From NCBI GenBank assembly GCA_963678445.1, contig OY782877.1:2602503-2666502 (forward strand): a stretch of 64,000 bases of DNA. The letters are read 5' to 3'. Under the pieces are notes generated by a model. That model was not told where the DNA came from. It ran no database searches and saw nothing but the letters and a program-made list of their open reading frames with translations. This document shows, piece after piece, positions 24,444 through 35,293 of this stretch (its first letter is position 1; every line of letters starts with the position of its first letter). Origin of the DNA: Candidatus Hydrogenedentota bacterium. Its GTDB lineage: Bacteria > Hydrogenedentota > Hydrogenedentia > Hydrogenedentales > G963678445. A program made the translations under genes and the position numbers.

Positions 24444-26501
24444 CTATTTGTACAGGCTGTGGTAGGCGGCGTAGTTGGCGAGGACTTTTTTCACGTACTT
24501 CCGGGTTTCGTTGAAGGGGATGGCTTCGATGAATTGGTCCATGTCGTCGGTGGGGAAGCGTTTGCGCCATTTGTCGCAGTTGCCGGGGCCGCCGTTGTAG
24601 GAGGCCAGGGCGTAGACGAGGTTGTTGTCGGAGCGTTTGAGCATGCGTGAAAGATAGTGTGCGCCGAGGTAGAGGGAGTGGAGGGGGTGGGTCAATTCTT
24701 GTGCTTGTTTGGCGGTGAGTTCGGAGGTGATTTTGGCGAGCCATTGGGCGGTGGCGGGCATGAGTTGCATGACGCCTGTTGCACCGGCGGAGGAACGAAC
24801 TGCAGCGCGGAAGGTGCTTTCTTGTCGGGCGACGGCGAGTAGGAGGTAGGGGTCGATATCTATTTCCAGGGCTACTTTTTGGACGAGTGGCCAGTAGGCG
24901 AGTGGGTAGTCGATATAGTTTTTTTCAGGTTCTGCGGGGGAAGTTGCTGTATGCTGCATGTGCTGGCGTGCGGTGTGCATGTAGCCTGCCTGGGCGAGTG
25001 CGTGATAGGTTTTTGTGTCGCCGGGTTGCACTTGGCTGCATAGGGAACGGGCTTCCCATTCTCCTTCTTCGAGGCCATGTTTTCCGAACAGAAAGAGACG
25101 TTGCAGGGCAGGCGTATCAATAGCGTCTGGTGCCAGGGGTTGGGCATAGGGAGAAGCTGGTGGGGTGGTGCTGATGGGCTGCAGGCCGTCGATATGGTTC
25201 CAGAGCGTTGAAAGGGGTGTCGGGGGCGCATCGGGGTGGGAGAGGCGGTGTAAACGGGCGGTGGCGCGGTGTGCGTAGTAGTCGCCGAGTCCGGATTGCA
25301 TTGCACAGGCGTAGTAAAGTCGGGCCAAGGGGGCCTTGGATTCGTCGTCGTGCTGGGCCATTTGCGCACAGGTATAGTAGGCTTGCGAGCGTAGGGAGCT
25401 GTCGGGAAAAGTATTGCACAGTTGCAGAAAAGCGGTTTCCGCTTTGTTTGTTTCTTTGGCGTGATAGTGTGCCAGGGCGATTTCAAACTGGGCGTCGTCG
25501 GCGCGGTAATGCTCGGGGCATTCACGCAATAGCTTTTCGTAGAGCGAAAGGGCCTGTGTGTCGCGTTGTTCCCGCTGCAAGTAGCGCGCCAGCCACCAAA
25601 GTCCTTCGCCGGCTTCACGGGTTTGTCGGTATTCACGTACCAGAAGGTCGCAAAGGCGTTCAGAGTTTGCGAAGTGTCCTTTTTGTGCTTGCTGGCGCAT
25701 GGCGTAGATGAGCCACAGTTGCATCCAGGGGGAGCCTGCATGCTGGGTGACCAACGTGCTCCAGATGGCGTTGGATTCCTCCTTTGGCGATGTGTCCAGC
25801 AATTGCGTTAGTTCGGCCAAGGTGGGTTGGGTGGGGTGCGGGGATGCAAAGTGGGGCAGGGCGCGCACGAGTGCTTTCCGGGCTTCGTCGTATGCGCCGG
25901 AACGCAGAAGGCCCAGTACGGCGTAAAAATGGTCTTCGGCGTTTTCCGATTGTAATAAGAGGCGGGCAGCGTCGCGCCGTGGGCCGATATAGGGTGCGTT
26001 TTCCGCTTGTTCACGGAGCCAGGAAAATGCAGCGGGGTGTTGTTTGGGTATTTCCAGCATCGACTTGATCCGTTTCCACGCGTGGCGTTCCATCCACCAG
26101 GGCTGCCATGGATCGGTCAAGACGGCATTATAGGATTGCAAAGCTTTTTCGTAGTCTTTTTCTTTGTATAGCAGGTTTCCCCACTCAATTTGCAGCATCT
26201 GGGTCCAGGGAGCGTTTGGCGCGGAGCGTATTAACTTTGTCCGTATTTTTTTTGCTGCTTTTTTGTCGCCCAATTGATAGCGGCATAGGGCTAAGCGTGC
26301 TGTGGCGTAGGAGGATATCAGACTTTCCGATTGGATGCTGATTTCATATTGCTGAGCGGCCTCGTCGTAGCGTTTTGCGGCCTCTGCGGCGCGCGCTGCC
26401 AGATAGTGGGTTATGGAAGCGTGGCTTGTGCAGCACAGCAACAGGAGGGGGCAGATTATGATGAGGTATATTTGAAAACGATGTTTGCGTTCTTGGCTCA
26501 T
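24444..26501 (-). CDS. Soluble lytic murein transglycosylase (Slt-domain protein with TPR/superhelical N-terminal region).
   Basis: C-terminal SLT domain VARQESTFRAAVRSSAGATGVMQLMP...ALASYNGGPGN. N-terminal signal peptide MSQERKHRFQIYLIIICPLLLLCC. Confidence 0.85.
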   Translation of the reverse strand: MSQERKHRFQIYLIIICPLLLLCCTSHASITHYLAARAAEAAKRYDEAAQQYEISIQSESLISSYATARLALCRYQLGDKKAAKKIRTKLIRSAPNAPWTQMLQIEWGNLLYKEKDYEKALQSYNAVLTDPWQPWWMERHAWKRIKSMLEIPKQHPAAFSWLREQAENAPYIGPRRDAARLLLQSENAEDHFYAVLGLLRSGAYDEARKALVRALPHFASPHPTQPTLAELTQLLDTSPKEESNAIWSTLVTQHAGSPWMQLWLIYAMRQQAQKGHFANSERLCDLLVREYRQTREAGEGLWWLARYLQREQRDTQALSLYEKLLRECPEHYRADDAQFEIALAHYHAKETNKAETAFLQLCNTFPDSSLRSQAYYTCAQMAQHDDESKAPLARLYYACAMQSGLGDYYAHRATARLHRLSHPDAPPTPLSTLWNHIDGLQPISTTPPASPYAQPLAPDAIDTPALQRLFLFGKHGLEEGEWEARSLCSQVQPGDTKTYHALAQAGYMHTARQHMQHTATSPAEPEKNYIDYPLAYWPLVQKVALEIDIDPYLLLAVARQESTFRAAVRSSAGATGVMQLMPATAQWLAKITSELTAKQAQELTHPLHSLYLGAHYLSRMLKRSDNNLVYALASYNGGPGNCDKWRKRFPTDDMDQFIEAIPFNETRKYVKKVLANYAAYHSLYK

Positions 26502-27814
26502 TACTTATCCAGGTGCTTTTGCAATGCATTCTGTAGCTTGCGGTATTCTGGTTGGTTGTAGCGGTTGTCCCATTCGTTTGGGTCGGCGTTCAGATCGTAG
26601 AAGGCGCATTGTGCTGGATCGGGGGAGGAGATCAGTTTATGTTCGCTGGTGCGCAGGATATGGGTATTGTTGGGGGCTGTAACCTGTGCGACATCGCGTA
26701 GCGGAGTGTTGTTTTCCCGCAGGAGTGGTAGCAGGTTTTTGCCCTTCAGAGAGGCTGGGATGGGGCATTGTGCGATAGACAGCAGTGTGGGGGCGAGGTC
26801 TACCATTTCGACCAGTGCGGGGTCTGATACGCCGCGACGTTGTCCGGTTACGCCGGCAATAAGCATGGGGATGCGCAGCAGAGCATCGTAGCATACCGTT
26901 CCTTGCCCAATTAGACCGTGCTGTCCCATGTAATCCCCGTGGTCGGCGCAGAAGAGGATTACGTTGTTACTTATGGCACGCGAGGTCAGGGTGGCCAGTA
27001 TACGCCCTATTTGTCGGTCCATATAGCTGATGCATGCGTAGTAATAGGCCAATGCCTTTCGAAAGCGTGCTTCCGTTATACGATTTGCATCCACTGTTTT
27101 ACAGGCGGCTGCGTCGGCATCTGAAATGGGTAGGCGGAACCCGCCAGGCAGTTGTAGCGTACGCGGTTCATAGGTGGTATCCCAGGGGGAGGGGGGATCG
27201 AAGGGGAATTGTGGTTTGTCAAAGCCAATCCAGAGGAAGAAGGGTTCTTCTACGGTCTGGATATAGCGTACCGCCTGGTTGCCTACCCAGGTGATGCTGT
27301 GTTCACGTTCGGGAAGGTTGGATCGATGTGCCCCTAACGTGTTTTTGAAATAGGCAGGCGCCTTTTTTTCAGAGGCATGCGCCCATGTGCGCACCTTGTC
27401 ATGCAGGCCCTTTTCCAGCAGGCAGGTATGATAGTCATCGTCTTCAGGAAGCTGCTCCAGTAATCGCATAAATGCCAAGCCATGGCGTGTTTCACGATGC
27501 CCAATATTGCGGCGACCCACTACAGCAGTGCGGTAACCGGCTTCCGATAGGCGTTGTGCGAGGGTAACTGTCCCGGGGCTGAGATGTTTCTCTGTCGATA
27601 GTTCGATTTCTTCCGGATAGGAGCCGGTCAACATGACCGCCCGTGACATAGCGCAATCGGGAAAAGGGCAGAGGGCCTGTTCGAAGGAAACACCGTGTTG
27701 CGCCAATGCATCCAGATTAGGGGTCTTTACATCGGGGTTTCCCGCATAGCCTGGTGCATCCCAACGCATCCCGTCGGCCATGATGAGTATAATGTTTGGA
27801 ACTGTTTTTGCCAT
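26501..27814 (-). CDS. Sulfatase (arylsulfatase family) with an atypical C-A-M-S-R active-site motif.
   Basis: IILIMADGMRWD...PNLDALA...CPFPDCAMSRAVMLTGSYP. Sulfatase N-terminal signature with Met in place of the usual Pro in CxPxR. Confidence 0.85.
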   Translation of the reverse strand: MAKTVPNIILIMADGMRWDAPGYAGNPDVKTPNLDALAQHGVSFEQALCPFPDCAMSRAVMLTGSYPEEIELSTEKHLSPGTVTLAQRLSEAGYRTAVVGRRNIGHRETRHGLAFMRLLEQLPEDDDYHTCLLEKGLHDKVRTWAHASEKKAPAYFKNTLGAHRSNLPEREHSITWVGNQAVRYIQTVEEPFFLWIGFDKPQFPFDPPSPWDTTYEPRTLQLPGGFRLPISDADAAACKTVDANRITEARFRKALAYYYACISYMDRQIGRILATLTSRAISNNVILFCADHGDYMGQHGLIGQGTVCYDALLRIPMLIAGVTGQRRGVSDPALVEMVDLAPTLLSIAQCPIPASLKGKNLLPLLRENNTPLRDVAQVTAPNNTHILRTSEHKLISSPDPAQCAFYDLNADPNEWDNRYNQPEYRKLQNALQKHLDK

Positions 27815-27896
27815 GATGGTCTTTTTAAAACTGTAGTTGTCTGCACGCCGAAAAGCTATAGCGGTTTATCCGATTTGTTATCATGGGGGTTGCGTT

Positions 27897-28628
27897 TCAG
27901 GAGGCGAGCGGCCCAAGTTGGCCGCGTTCATATTGGAGCAAGGTTGTTGCTGCAATGGCGGCCGCCTCCGCACGGAAGGTCGTTTGTCCTAACGAAATGG
28001 GCGTTGCGCCCCGTTGCAGTAGCAGCGTCAATTCCTCGTCGGAAAAGTCCCCCTCGGGCCCCAGGATAACGGTTAGCGCGGTCTGTGGAACGGCGTCGTG
28101 CAATGGGACAGGGGACGCGTCCATCGTGGCGACCAAGTGCGCACCCGACGTTCGGGTCAGCATCTCCTCTGTGCTTGCGCAAACATGAAATTCGGGCAGG
28201 CGCACCCGTCCGCATTGTTTACATGCTTCAATGGCCAAGCGACGCCATTTGGGGGAAAGTTTGGGCGCGCGTTCCGAGTGTTGGGCGCGGAAGAAGCAAA
28301 AGGTGTCTATGCCCAGCACCACCCCCTGTTGTATAAGGTGTTCTACTGCTTTGTCCCGATGTAACCATGCCTGTGCCACCGTCAAGGGGGCCGCTGGCGC
28401 CTCTACATAGTGCGTTTCCGTGATTTCTGCATGCACATCGCGTCGGGTACACTCTGTGATTATGGCGGTGAAGGCATGTCCATAGCCATCAAACAAGCCG
28501 ATGGTGTCTCCTTCACGCACCCGTACTACACGCAAGGCGTGGTGTGCTTCCTCCGCGGAAAGGGATAGCTGCGCACCCACTGCTGGCGACGATGCAGGTT
28601 CTATAAAAAATCGATGTAAATGTGCCAT
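27897..28628 (-). CDS. rsmE: 16S rRNA (uracil1498-N3)-methyltransferase RsmE family.
   Basis: The start HRFFIEPA...LSAEEAHHALRVVRVREGDTIGLFDG and the C-terminal ILGPEGDFSDEE motif are typical of RsmE. Confidence 0.8.
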   Translation of the reverse strand: MAHLHRFFIEPASSPAVGAQLSLSAEEAHHALRVVRVREGDTIGLFDGYGHAFTAIITECTRRDVHAEITETHYVEAPAAPLTVAQAWLHRDKAVEHLIQQGVVLGIDTFCFFRAQHSERAPKLSPKWRRLAIEACKQCGRVRLPEFHVCASTEEMLTRTSGAHLVATMDASPVPLHDAVPQTALTVILGPEGDFSDEELTLLLQRGATPISLGQTTFRAEAAAIAATTLLQYERGQLGPLAS

Positions 28629-28675
28629 GCGTATAGCATAGCAAGCGCAACGTCTTCATACAATAAGATTGCATT

Positions 28676-31408
28676 TTAGTACGAGCGTACCTCATCCAGA
28701 ATCTGGCGAATAGTTGCTGCCATGGTGCGTGTCGAGATAGGTTTGGTCAGGTAAGCACGGATTCCAATTGTCCGCGCCTTATCTTCATCCAGCGTTTCGC
28801 TATAGCCCGTGGCGATAACAATGGGTAAATCAGCACGTAGTTCAAGAAGATGCTGCGCCAGTTGCTCCCCTGTGATACCGGGCATGGTTTGGTCTGTGAT
28901 CACGAGGTCGAACTGATCCGGATTGGATTTGAAGTCCTGCAGTGCTTCGTCGGGGCTGGTGTAGGTGGTTACCGTATAGCCTAAACGCTCCAGCAAACTT
29001 TTCATCAGTACAGTAATGGAGACCTCATCATCGACGAATAGAATGCGCTCCTTGCCCGTTTCAATTGGCCCATTCTTTTGTGCAACGCGCGTAGCTGAGG
29101 CTTCCAGCGTTTGTTTCGACAAGGGTAAATGAATGGTAAATGCCGTTCCTTTATTGGGGGTGCTATACACCCCGATATGGCCATTACAGCTTCGGACGAT
29201 TCCATGCACGGTAGACAACCCCAGCCCTGTTCCTTCGCCGGCCTCCTTGGTTGTGAAGTACGGCTCAAAGATGCGTTCGATGGTTTCCTTTGGCATTCCG
29301 ACACCCGTGTCCTCGATCGACAGGCATGCGTAATTTCCTGCCTTCAAATCGGGTAGCTCAGCAATGGCTGTGCCGCTTAGATAGACTTGACGCAACGACA
29401 CGGTCAACGTGCCGCCCTGTTTACGCATGGCATGGTATGCGTTAGTCGCCAGATTCATGATTACCTGGTGTATTTGCGACGAATCGGCCAATACGGGACC
29501 ACAATCCGCATCCAGGTGTTGCACCAAATCAATGGTAGTGGGCAACACCCCACGCAATAATTTCAGGGCTTCTTCAATGATCGGTTGTAAGCGCAGCGTG
29601 CGTTCCTTACGTTCCGTTTGGCGGCTGAAGGTTAGGATTTGTCCCACCAGATCGGTCGCCCGTTGTGCGGCATACTCAATTTCACGTAAGAATTCATAGC
29701 CCTTGCTCGTCGTCGGCAGGCTTTCTTTTACCAGGTCTGTATAGCCCATGATACTAAAGAGGATATTGTTAAAGTCATGCGCTATTCCCCCAGCCAAGGT
29801 GCCGATCGCTTCCATTTTTTGTGCCTGAAGGAGTTGCTTTTCAAGTTCCACCTCATGGCTTACATCACGCGAAACCCCTACACAATTCACCAGCCGTCCC
29901 GCATGGTCGAAAACGGGCGAAAGCGTACTGTCAACCTCGCATAATTGTCCATCCTGCCGTTTGATGAGGATGCGCCCACTCCATGCTTTTCCATTACGCA
30001 CCTGTTCCCAGAGTTGCTCCTGGAAATTTTCCCCCTGTTGATTGCTTTCCAGGAAATAGGGCGTTTGACCAATTACATTGGATATGACATATCCCGTCAT
30101 CTTTTCGAAAGCGGGATTGGCATATTCTATAGTCCCTTCTGCGTCGGTAATAAGGATGCTTTCCGCGGCCTGTTCGATGGCTTTGGCCAAACGTGCGCGT
30201 TCTTCCTCAGCGCGTGCGCGCTCCGTGACATCGCGCGCCAATGCCAGAACCATTTGTTGCCCTTGCAGTTCAATAAATCCGCTTCGCACCTCTACGGGAA
30301 ACTCCGTGCCATCCTTGCGACGCTGTCTGCCCTCCAGCGTAACAGGGGAGCCTGAGGCGACCCGTTTACGTGCGTCCTCAAACGAAATTCCCCTTTCTAT
30401 ATCCTCCACCTTCATCTGTAATAATTCGCGTCGGGTATAGCCTAATGTTTCACAAGTGCGACGATTAACGTCGACAAAATGCCCCTCCAGATCGATCAGG
30501 AAAATGGCATCCGCCGCCTGGTCAATGACCGCACGAAAGCGTTTTTCACTTTCCTGTAATGCATCTTCCGTCAGTTTGCGTTCGGTAATATCTAGCGAAA
30601 TAGTGACTACGCCCGCGACCGAACCATTTTTGTCGCGGTAGGGAACTCGGTGGCGCAGCATCCAGCGTTCCCCTTTAGGGGTTATCTGGTATTCCAGCAG
30701 TCCTTTCTGAGGGCGTCCGGAAAACAGTACCGCCTGATCCGCCCATACAGCCAGATCAGGATACGTCGGTGTCATTTCCCGCGGTGTCTTTCCCACCCAG
30801 TCCTTTTCAGGTCGGTCAAAAAGTTCCTCCAAAGCGTGGTTCACCCGGATATAGCGCAATGAAGTATCTTTGAAAGATATAGCAGCTGGTATTGAATCCA
30901 GAATCGTCTGCAATTGTTCGCGCTGTTCAAAAAGCGCCTCATTGATAGTGCGCAATTCCTCTGTGCGTTTACGCACCTCCCGCTCCAGAAAATTCTGATA
31001 CAACTTGTTCTCGCGCAACAATTGCGCCTTTTCCAACGAACGCGTCACAGCATAGCGAAGCGTTACCATGTCGGAAATCGGTTTCAAGATATAATCCCAG
31101 GCGCCTACATGCAATGCTTCGACAACGTCATCGATCATTCCCGTGCCCGACACTACGATGACCGGTGTCTCTGGGGATTCCTCCCCCAATATTTTCATCA
31201 CAGAGATACCGTCCATACGCGGCATACGCAAATCCACCAACACCAGATCCACCGCATTACTTCGAAAGAGCGCCAAGCCCTCTTCGCCATCCTGCGCACT
31301 TAAAACGGTATAGCCCAAATCATCCAGATAGGCGGCAATGCTGTTTCGCACTACGGCCTCATCATCTATCGCCAATATTGTAACCGTTTTATTCTCAGGC
31401 ATATGCAA
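28676..31408 (-). CDS. Hybrid sensor histidine kinase / response regulator with REC, several PAS, HisKA, HATPase_c and REC domains.
   Basis: N-terminal REC ([14 protein letters not shown]...[11 protein letters not shown]). H-box [12 protein letters not shown]. HATPase G-boxes IEDTGVGMP and GTGLGLS. C-terminal REC (ILFVDDE...[12 protein letters not shown]). Confidence 0.9.
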   Translation of the reverse strand: MHMPENKTVTILAIDDEAVVRNSIAAYLDDLGYTVLSAQDGEEGLALFRSNAVDLVLVDLRMPRMDGISVMKILGEESPETPVIVVSGTGMIDDVVEALHVGAWDYILKPISDMVTLRYAVTRSLEKAQLLRENKLYQNFLEREVRKRTEELRTINEALFEQREQLQTILDSIPAAISFKDTSLRYIRVNHALEELFDRPEKDWVGKTPREMTPTYPDLAVWADQAVLFSGRPQKGLLEYQITPKGERWMLRHRVPYRDKNGSVAGVVTISLDITERKLTEDALQESEKRFRAVIDQAADAIFLIDLEGHFVDVNRRTCETLGYTRRELLQMKVEDIERGISFEDARKRVASGSPVTLEGRQRRKDGTEFPVEVRSGFIELQGQQMVLALARDVTERARAEEERARLAKAIEQAAESILITDAEGTIEYANPAFEKMTGYVISNVIGQTPYFLESNQQGENFQEQLWEQVRNGKAWSGRILIKRQDGQLCEVDSTLSPVFDHAGRLVNCVGVSRDVSHEVELEKQLLQAQKMEAIGTLAGGIAHDFNNILFSIMGYTDLVKESLPTTSKGYEFLREIEYAAQRATDLVGQILTFSRQTERKERTLRLQPIIEEALKLLRGVLPTTIDLVQHLDADCGPVLADSSQIHQVIMNLATNAYHAMRKQGGTLTVSLRQVYLSGTAIAELPDLKAGNYACLSIEDTGVGMPKETIERIFEPYFTTKEAGEGTGLGLSTVHGIVRSCNGHIGVYSTPNKGTAFTIHLPLSKQTLEASATRVAQKNGPIETGKERILFVDDEVSITVLMKSLLERLGYTVTTYTSPDEALQDFKSNPDQFDLVITDQTMPGITGEQLAQHLLELRADLPIVIATGYSETLDEDKARTIGIRAYLTKPISTRTMAATIRQILDEVRSY

Positions 31409-31536
31409 TCAACCGCCTTAATTCTGTCTGCAATGCGCGCTTTATATCAAGGGGTTAACATCATCGCGACGCTATCCCCCAAAAATTGAATTCAAAGGCG
31501 GCATTTTTCCGCCACTATACAGGCTAATGCTCCGCT

Positions 31537-31941
31537 TTATTTCACTTCCGTATCCGTCGAATGGGCCAGTTGGCGAATCAACAGGGGTAATGCCTGCAAT
31601 TCTTTGATGGGTTTATGCATAACCTGTTGTGCGGTGATTCCCTGCTCCTTTAAGATTTTTGGCAGGTGGTAATCGACCGACCCGGTATGGATTAAAACCC
31701 CGATTCCAGGCTGTATTTTGCAGGCGTGAAGCACCAACGCATTACCATCCAACTCCCCCGGTAATCTCATGTCTATAATAGCTACCTCGACAGACTCTCG
31801 TCTCAAAAAACGCAGCGCCTCCTGTCCATCCCCTGCGGCATATACTTCAAAATTCTGATCTTCCAAAAAACCGGCCAAACTTAAGCGGATAGATGCATCA
31901 TCTTCCACAATCAACACCCGGACAACGTGTTGCTCCTTCAT
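31537..31941 (-). CDS. Single-domain response regulator (CheY-like receiver).
   Basis: VLIVEDDASIRLSLAGFLE...VAIIDMRLPGELDGNAL...K. Confidence 0.85.
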   Translation of the reverse strand: MKEQHVVRVLIVEDDASIRLSLAGFLEDQNFEVYAAGDGQEALRFLRRESVEVAIIDMRLPGELDGNALVLHACKIQPGIGVLIHTGSVDYHLPKILKEQGITAQQVMHKPIKELQALPLLIRQLAHSTDTEVK

Positions 31942-32041
31942 TCTTACCCCTATTATTTCGATTCTACATCTACTCCGTGTCGTGTTTAGTTCGACGCGTA
32001 CACTCGTCGAGAACGCAATATCGCGTATAGTTCATTGAGCA

Positions 32042-32165
32042 TAGTAGTGACTGACACTTAAAAGCTATCATAAAAACGAAATTTTTTGCTGTTATTGGGA
32101 ACGGCAAGGAGCATATTTTTTGGGTGTGGCCTTGTCACCTTGTGGTCGCTGGACCACCTTGCATG
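32042..32165 (+). repeat. REP-like dispersed repeat copy (longer variant).
   Basis: gtgactgacacttaaaagctatcataaaaacgaaatt...ccttgtggtcgctggaccacc. Confidence 0.6.
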
Positions 32166-32410
32166 GTGGCATAATGTGAAAGAAAAGCCCCGCTTTTTAA
32201 CAGGCTGAGCTTATGAAATGGGCAACACATACGCCTCACCGCTGGTTCGTCTGCCCAAAACTTAACGTCTCCTTACACTGTTATCAGAATTAAAGGATTC
32301 ATCATATTTTCGATTACGATTATATAGTATCACATTGAAACAATAACGAAAATGAAAAAATAGCGGCACGGTACGGATTTTGGGGCGCTCCAGGCGGAAT
32401 AGTTCCCTGT

Positions 32411-33172
32411 TTAAAGGGCCAAGACAAGCGGCTCAGGGTGAATCCGTTGCAGCACCAGGGGCGTAATATGTGTCCAGTTCGATACGCGATCCAGGATCCA
32501 GCTATCCGCTGTAATCACGCAATTTGTGCTTTCTGCCAGCAACGCATCTACATGGTTGTGCGTCTGTACCGTCCACTGCCAATCTTTACGTTCTGCCTCA
32601 CGGCGCAAAAAAGAACACAACCGTCCACTGTTCGAGACAGGTGCATCAAAAAACCACGCTACCTGCAACGGATGTAGCTGCTCAAGTACCTGGCCGATAA
32701 GGTGTACCGCAGCAGCGGTTTCATCCACACGGCGGTACGTGCCATGCAGACTGGCCAGATCGCGGATGCAGCCATCGCGTCCCTCAATAAGGATGCCGTT
32801 CCCCAGCGCACTCTCGATAGTGATAAGCAAGTTGTATCCATCTACCCACACCGTCTGTTCTGAAATGGCTTCTGGGGGACAGCGATGTGCATTTCTGTGT
32901 GCGCGCTCTACATTCGAACATGCGCTGCGTTGTAGCGCCATCCGTTGCCGCACATTCAGCTGATAATGGTCCCCGACCAGTTTTAATGCCGATTTTTTGG
33001 CATAACCACGTGAATACAGCCAACAGAGGTCCCCCGTTCCCACTTGCAATATCGGACGCCAGCGGGAATGGAAAGAAGCGTCGTCTCCTGGATGTCGCCC
33101 CCTGTGGCGGTGATTAAGAGTTGAATGCTGGAAAGATGTCATGCCCCCGAGTGGTCCAGGCACCACCGCCAA
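32411..33172 (-). CDS. Hypothetical protein. The VDGYNLLI segment resembles the NYN/YacP-like nuclease motif. This is a low-confidence assignment.
   Basis: ORF of 253 aa with coding-like composition. The motif WVDGYNLLITIESAL was noted. The start may be an internal Met. Confidence 0.5.
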   Translation of the reverse strand: MAVVPGPLGGMTSFQHSTLNHRHRGRHPGDDASFHSRWRPILQVGTGDLCWLYSRGYAKKSALKLVGDHYQLNVRQRMALQRSACSNVERAHRNAHRCPPEAISEQTVWVDGYNLLITIESALGNGILIEGRDGCIRDLASLHGTYRRVDETAAAVHLIGQVLEQLHPLQVAWFFDAPVSNSGRLCSFLRREAERKDWQWTVQTHNHVDALLAESTNCVITADSWILDRVSNWTHITPLVLQRIHPEPLVLAL

Positions 33173-33234
33173 ACGGCATAATTTCTTCTATGCCTGAACA
33201 TCTACAGTAGTGCAAGTTATCGCAAGCGCAGTGC

Positions 33235-33714
33235 TTAGGTGGCGTCGGTTTCTACATCCGCTTCCACACTAGCCGCCTCGATGTTTTTCTCTTCCGGTAC
33301 AACGTGTTCCAAAGAAGAAGGCTCTTCCGCCATAGCGTCGTCTGCCCCTAAGGAGTCTTCTGTATCCTCAGCGGTGTCGGCAGCGGACGGCGTATCGGCA
33401 GAATTTATGGATGCCTGCTTCTGCTCCTGCTCAGCCTGGTTCTGGGCAAGATGATCGTGCAGCACCGCTTCCCACTCTTCCCGCGTTTCCTGCAAATGAG
33501 CCTGCAGATTCGCCGCCACCACGGCGCGTGGGTACTGTTGGGGTGCCGAAAACGTATCCTGCCACGAGTTTTGGCGGACAATACCGTACACCGTCCCCAA
33601 TTCTGCGACATGCTGCTCTACGCGTCGGTTGGGATCGGGCGTATTGCCAGCGCACATGAAAGCGCTGACCGTATCGTCGCCTACAAATGTTTTCCAAAAA
33701 TCAATCGGTTTCAT
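33235..33714 (-). CDS. Hypothetical protein with an acidic, low-complexity C-terminal tail.
   Basis: ORF of 159 aa with an E/D/A/S-rich tail. No domain was recognised. Confidence 0.5.
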   Translation of the reverse strand: MKPIDFWKTFVGDDTVSAFMCAGNTPDPNRRVEQHVAELGTVYGIVRQNSWQDTFSAPQQYPRAVVAANLQAHLQETREEWEAVLHDHLAQNQAEQEQKQASINSADTPSAADTAEDTEDSLGADDAMAEEPSSLEHVVPEEKNIEAASVEADVETDAT

Positions 33715-33835
33715 AACGTCATTCTAGCAAAAAAACAGCGTCCGCCGCTACGTTAGAAAAGCACAGATTCCCAAGCCGTTCTTCCTCCAGAAACAACTTG
33801 ATTTTCACGCGGCAAAAGCATACACTCCTGCCGCT

Positions 33836-35077
33836 ATGTTTTCACCACACTATCGCATCTGCTATATCGGCTTTCTCTTCGATTTCGCGATTATGATCGC
33901 CATGATTGCGACGCCCTTCTTCGTGTATCAACAGCTGGGCGGCGGCGTCGCCATGTCTGGCGCCTTTGGAGCCAGCCAGGCAGCCGTATATCTACTGACC
34001 TGTCTTATTGCCTCCCGTTTCGTCAGCAAAGCTAAAAACGGCCTTTATTTTGCCCTTGTCGGCGTGGCCGTGTTCACCACTTTTTTTTGTGGGATGTCCT
34101 TTTTTCGCAACCCCTGGCTTTGCGGCACCCTGGCGGCGCTTGCCTTTGGTTCATTGGCGCTTGCATGGCCTGCTTTCCATTCCTGGGTAGGTGCGGAACC
34201 CGATCCAATCAAGCGCACCCGTCGCTTAGGTTGGTTCAACGTTGCCTGGAGTTTTGGCTTTGCCATGAGTCCGCTTTTAGCGGGTCCCTTAGTCGATTTG
34301 GACTACCGGTTTGCATTTCTGGCCGTTTTTGGTATCGACATTGTCGTTTTTCTGATGATTTTGTCCATGCCTCACGAATCTACCCATTTTGAGGCTTTGA
34401 CCGAAGAAACCTTGCAGGCGCGCGTAGATCATGATCGCGAAAGCGAGGGGCATTTATACTACGCCTGGTTTGCCACAATGGTTATCAACGCACTCATTGG
34501 CATAAGCCGCAACGTATACCCCAAACACGTCGCCAACTTGGTGGAAACGGGCGAATTGCGCTTGTTTTTTGAGAGCCAGCCCTATTCTTTCATCGTAGAG
34601 GCTGCCGCGACCAAATATTCCTGGCTGGCTGCCGGTTCCGCTTTAGCCACGGCGTTGGCCTTTTTGCTTCTCGGCAAAACCAATCGTTGGCGCCACAACT
34701 TCAATGCCCTCATGCTGATCCAAGTCGCCGCCGCTGTTGCATTCTGGAGCCTGGGCAGCACACATAGTCTGGCTGTCATGATGCTTGGTTTTATTGTATT
34801 GGGACTCAACTTGGGCATGGCTTTCTTTGCAAGCGTGTATTACAGCATTGCCGATCCCCAGAAAAAACACGCCCGCGCCAGTATTAACGAAGGTATGGTC
34901 GGCCTGGGCGGGTTTATGGGCAGCATGCTCTTTGGGCAACTGGTTGGGCGATACGGGGTGGCTCTTCCCTTTCACTATGCCCCCATTGTGCTTCTATTGG
35001 CTATCATACTGCAGTGGCTGTTGCTGCACTACGGTCGCAAACGCGCTGCCCTTCGCTACGCTCCCACCTCCTCCTGA
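33836..35077 (+). CDS. MFS-type transporter.
   Basis: About 12 predicted hydrophobic helices with a central loop. Overall MFS-like organisation. Confidence 0.8.
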   Translation: MFSPHYRICYIGFLFDFAIMIAMIATPFFVYQQLGGGVAMSGAFGASQAAVYLLTCLIASRFVSKAKNGLYFALVGVAVFTTFFCGMSFFRNPWLCGTLAALAFGSLALAWPAFHSWVGAEPDPIKRTRRLGWFNVAWSFGFAMSPLLAGPLVDLDYRFAFLAVFGIDIVVFLMILSMPHESTHFEALTEETLQARVDHDRESEGHLYYAWFATMVINALIGISRNVYPKHVANLVETGELRLFFESQPYSFIVEAAATKYSWLAAGSALATALAFLLLGKTNRWRHNFNALMLIQVAAAVAFWSLGSTHSLAVMMLGFIVLGLNLGMAFFASVYYSIADPQKKHARASINEGMVGLGGFMGSMLFGQLVGRYGVALPFHYAPIVLLLAIILQWLLLHYGRKRAALRYAPTSS

Positions 35078-35127
35078 CAGGCTTGCCCAAAGGCCTCCCC
35101 TGATGCTTCAAAAGCATAGCGCTATTT

Positions 35128-35157
35128 CCAAAAGTATGGTATAGTATATCCGATAGG
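35128..35157 (+). promoter_or_regulatory. Putative sigma28 (FliA)-type promoter for fliC, aAAAG-N15-CCGATAgg.
   Basis: ccAAAAGtatggtatagtatatCCGATAgg compared with the consensus TAAAG-N15-GCCGATAA. It lies about 140 nt upstream of the fliC start. The leader contains the GGA motifs CAAGGAT and AGGAGG. Confidence 0.35.
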
Positions 35158-35293
35158 CTAAAAAGGAAAATTACCCAAGGATTCCGTAAACGCATACTAG
35201 GGACGCATTGACGGATCGGAGATGCGGTTGCGCTTACGGCCTTTAGCGTTTCTTGTGATTAAAAACGGGAGGCGCGCTCAAGGAGGTAAAGCT

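Noticed and set aside
24220-26068. ORFs overlapping the slt gene, for example 24220..24744, 24872..25741 and 25208..25711.
   Set aside because: They lie antisense or out of frame to a well-supported Slt-domain CDS (24444..26501). They have no independent homology or translation signals.
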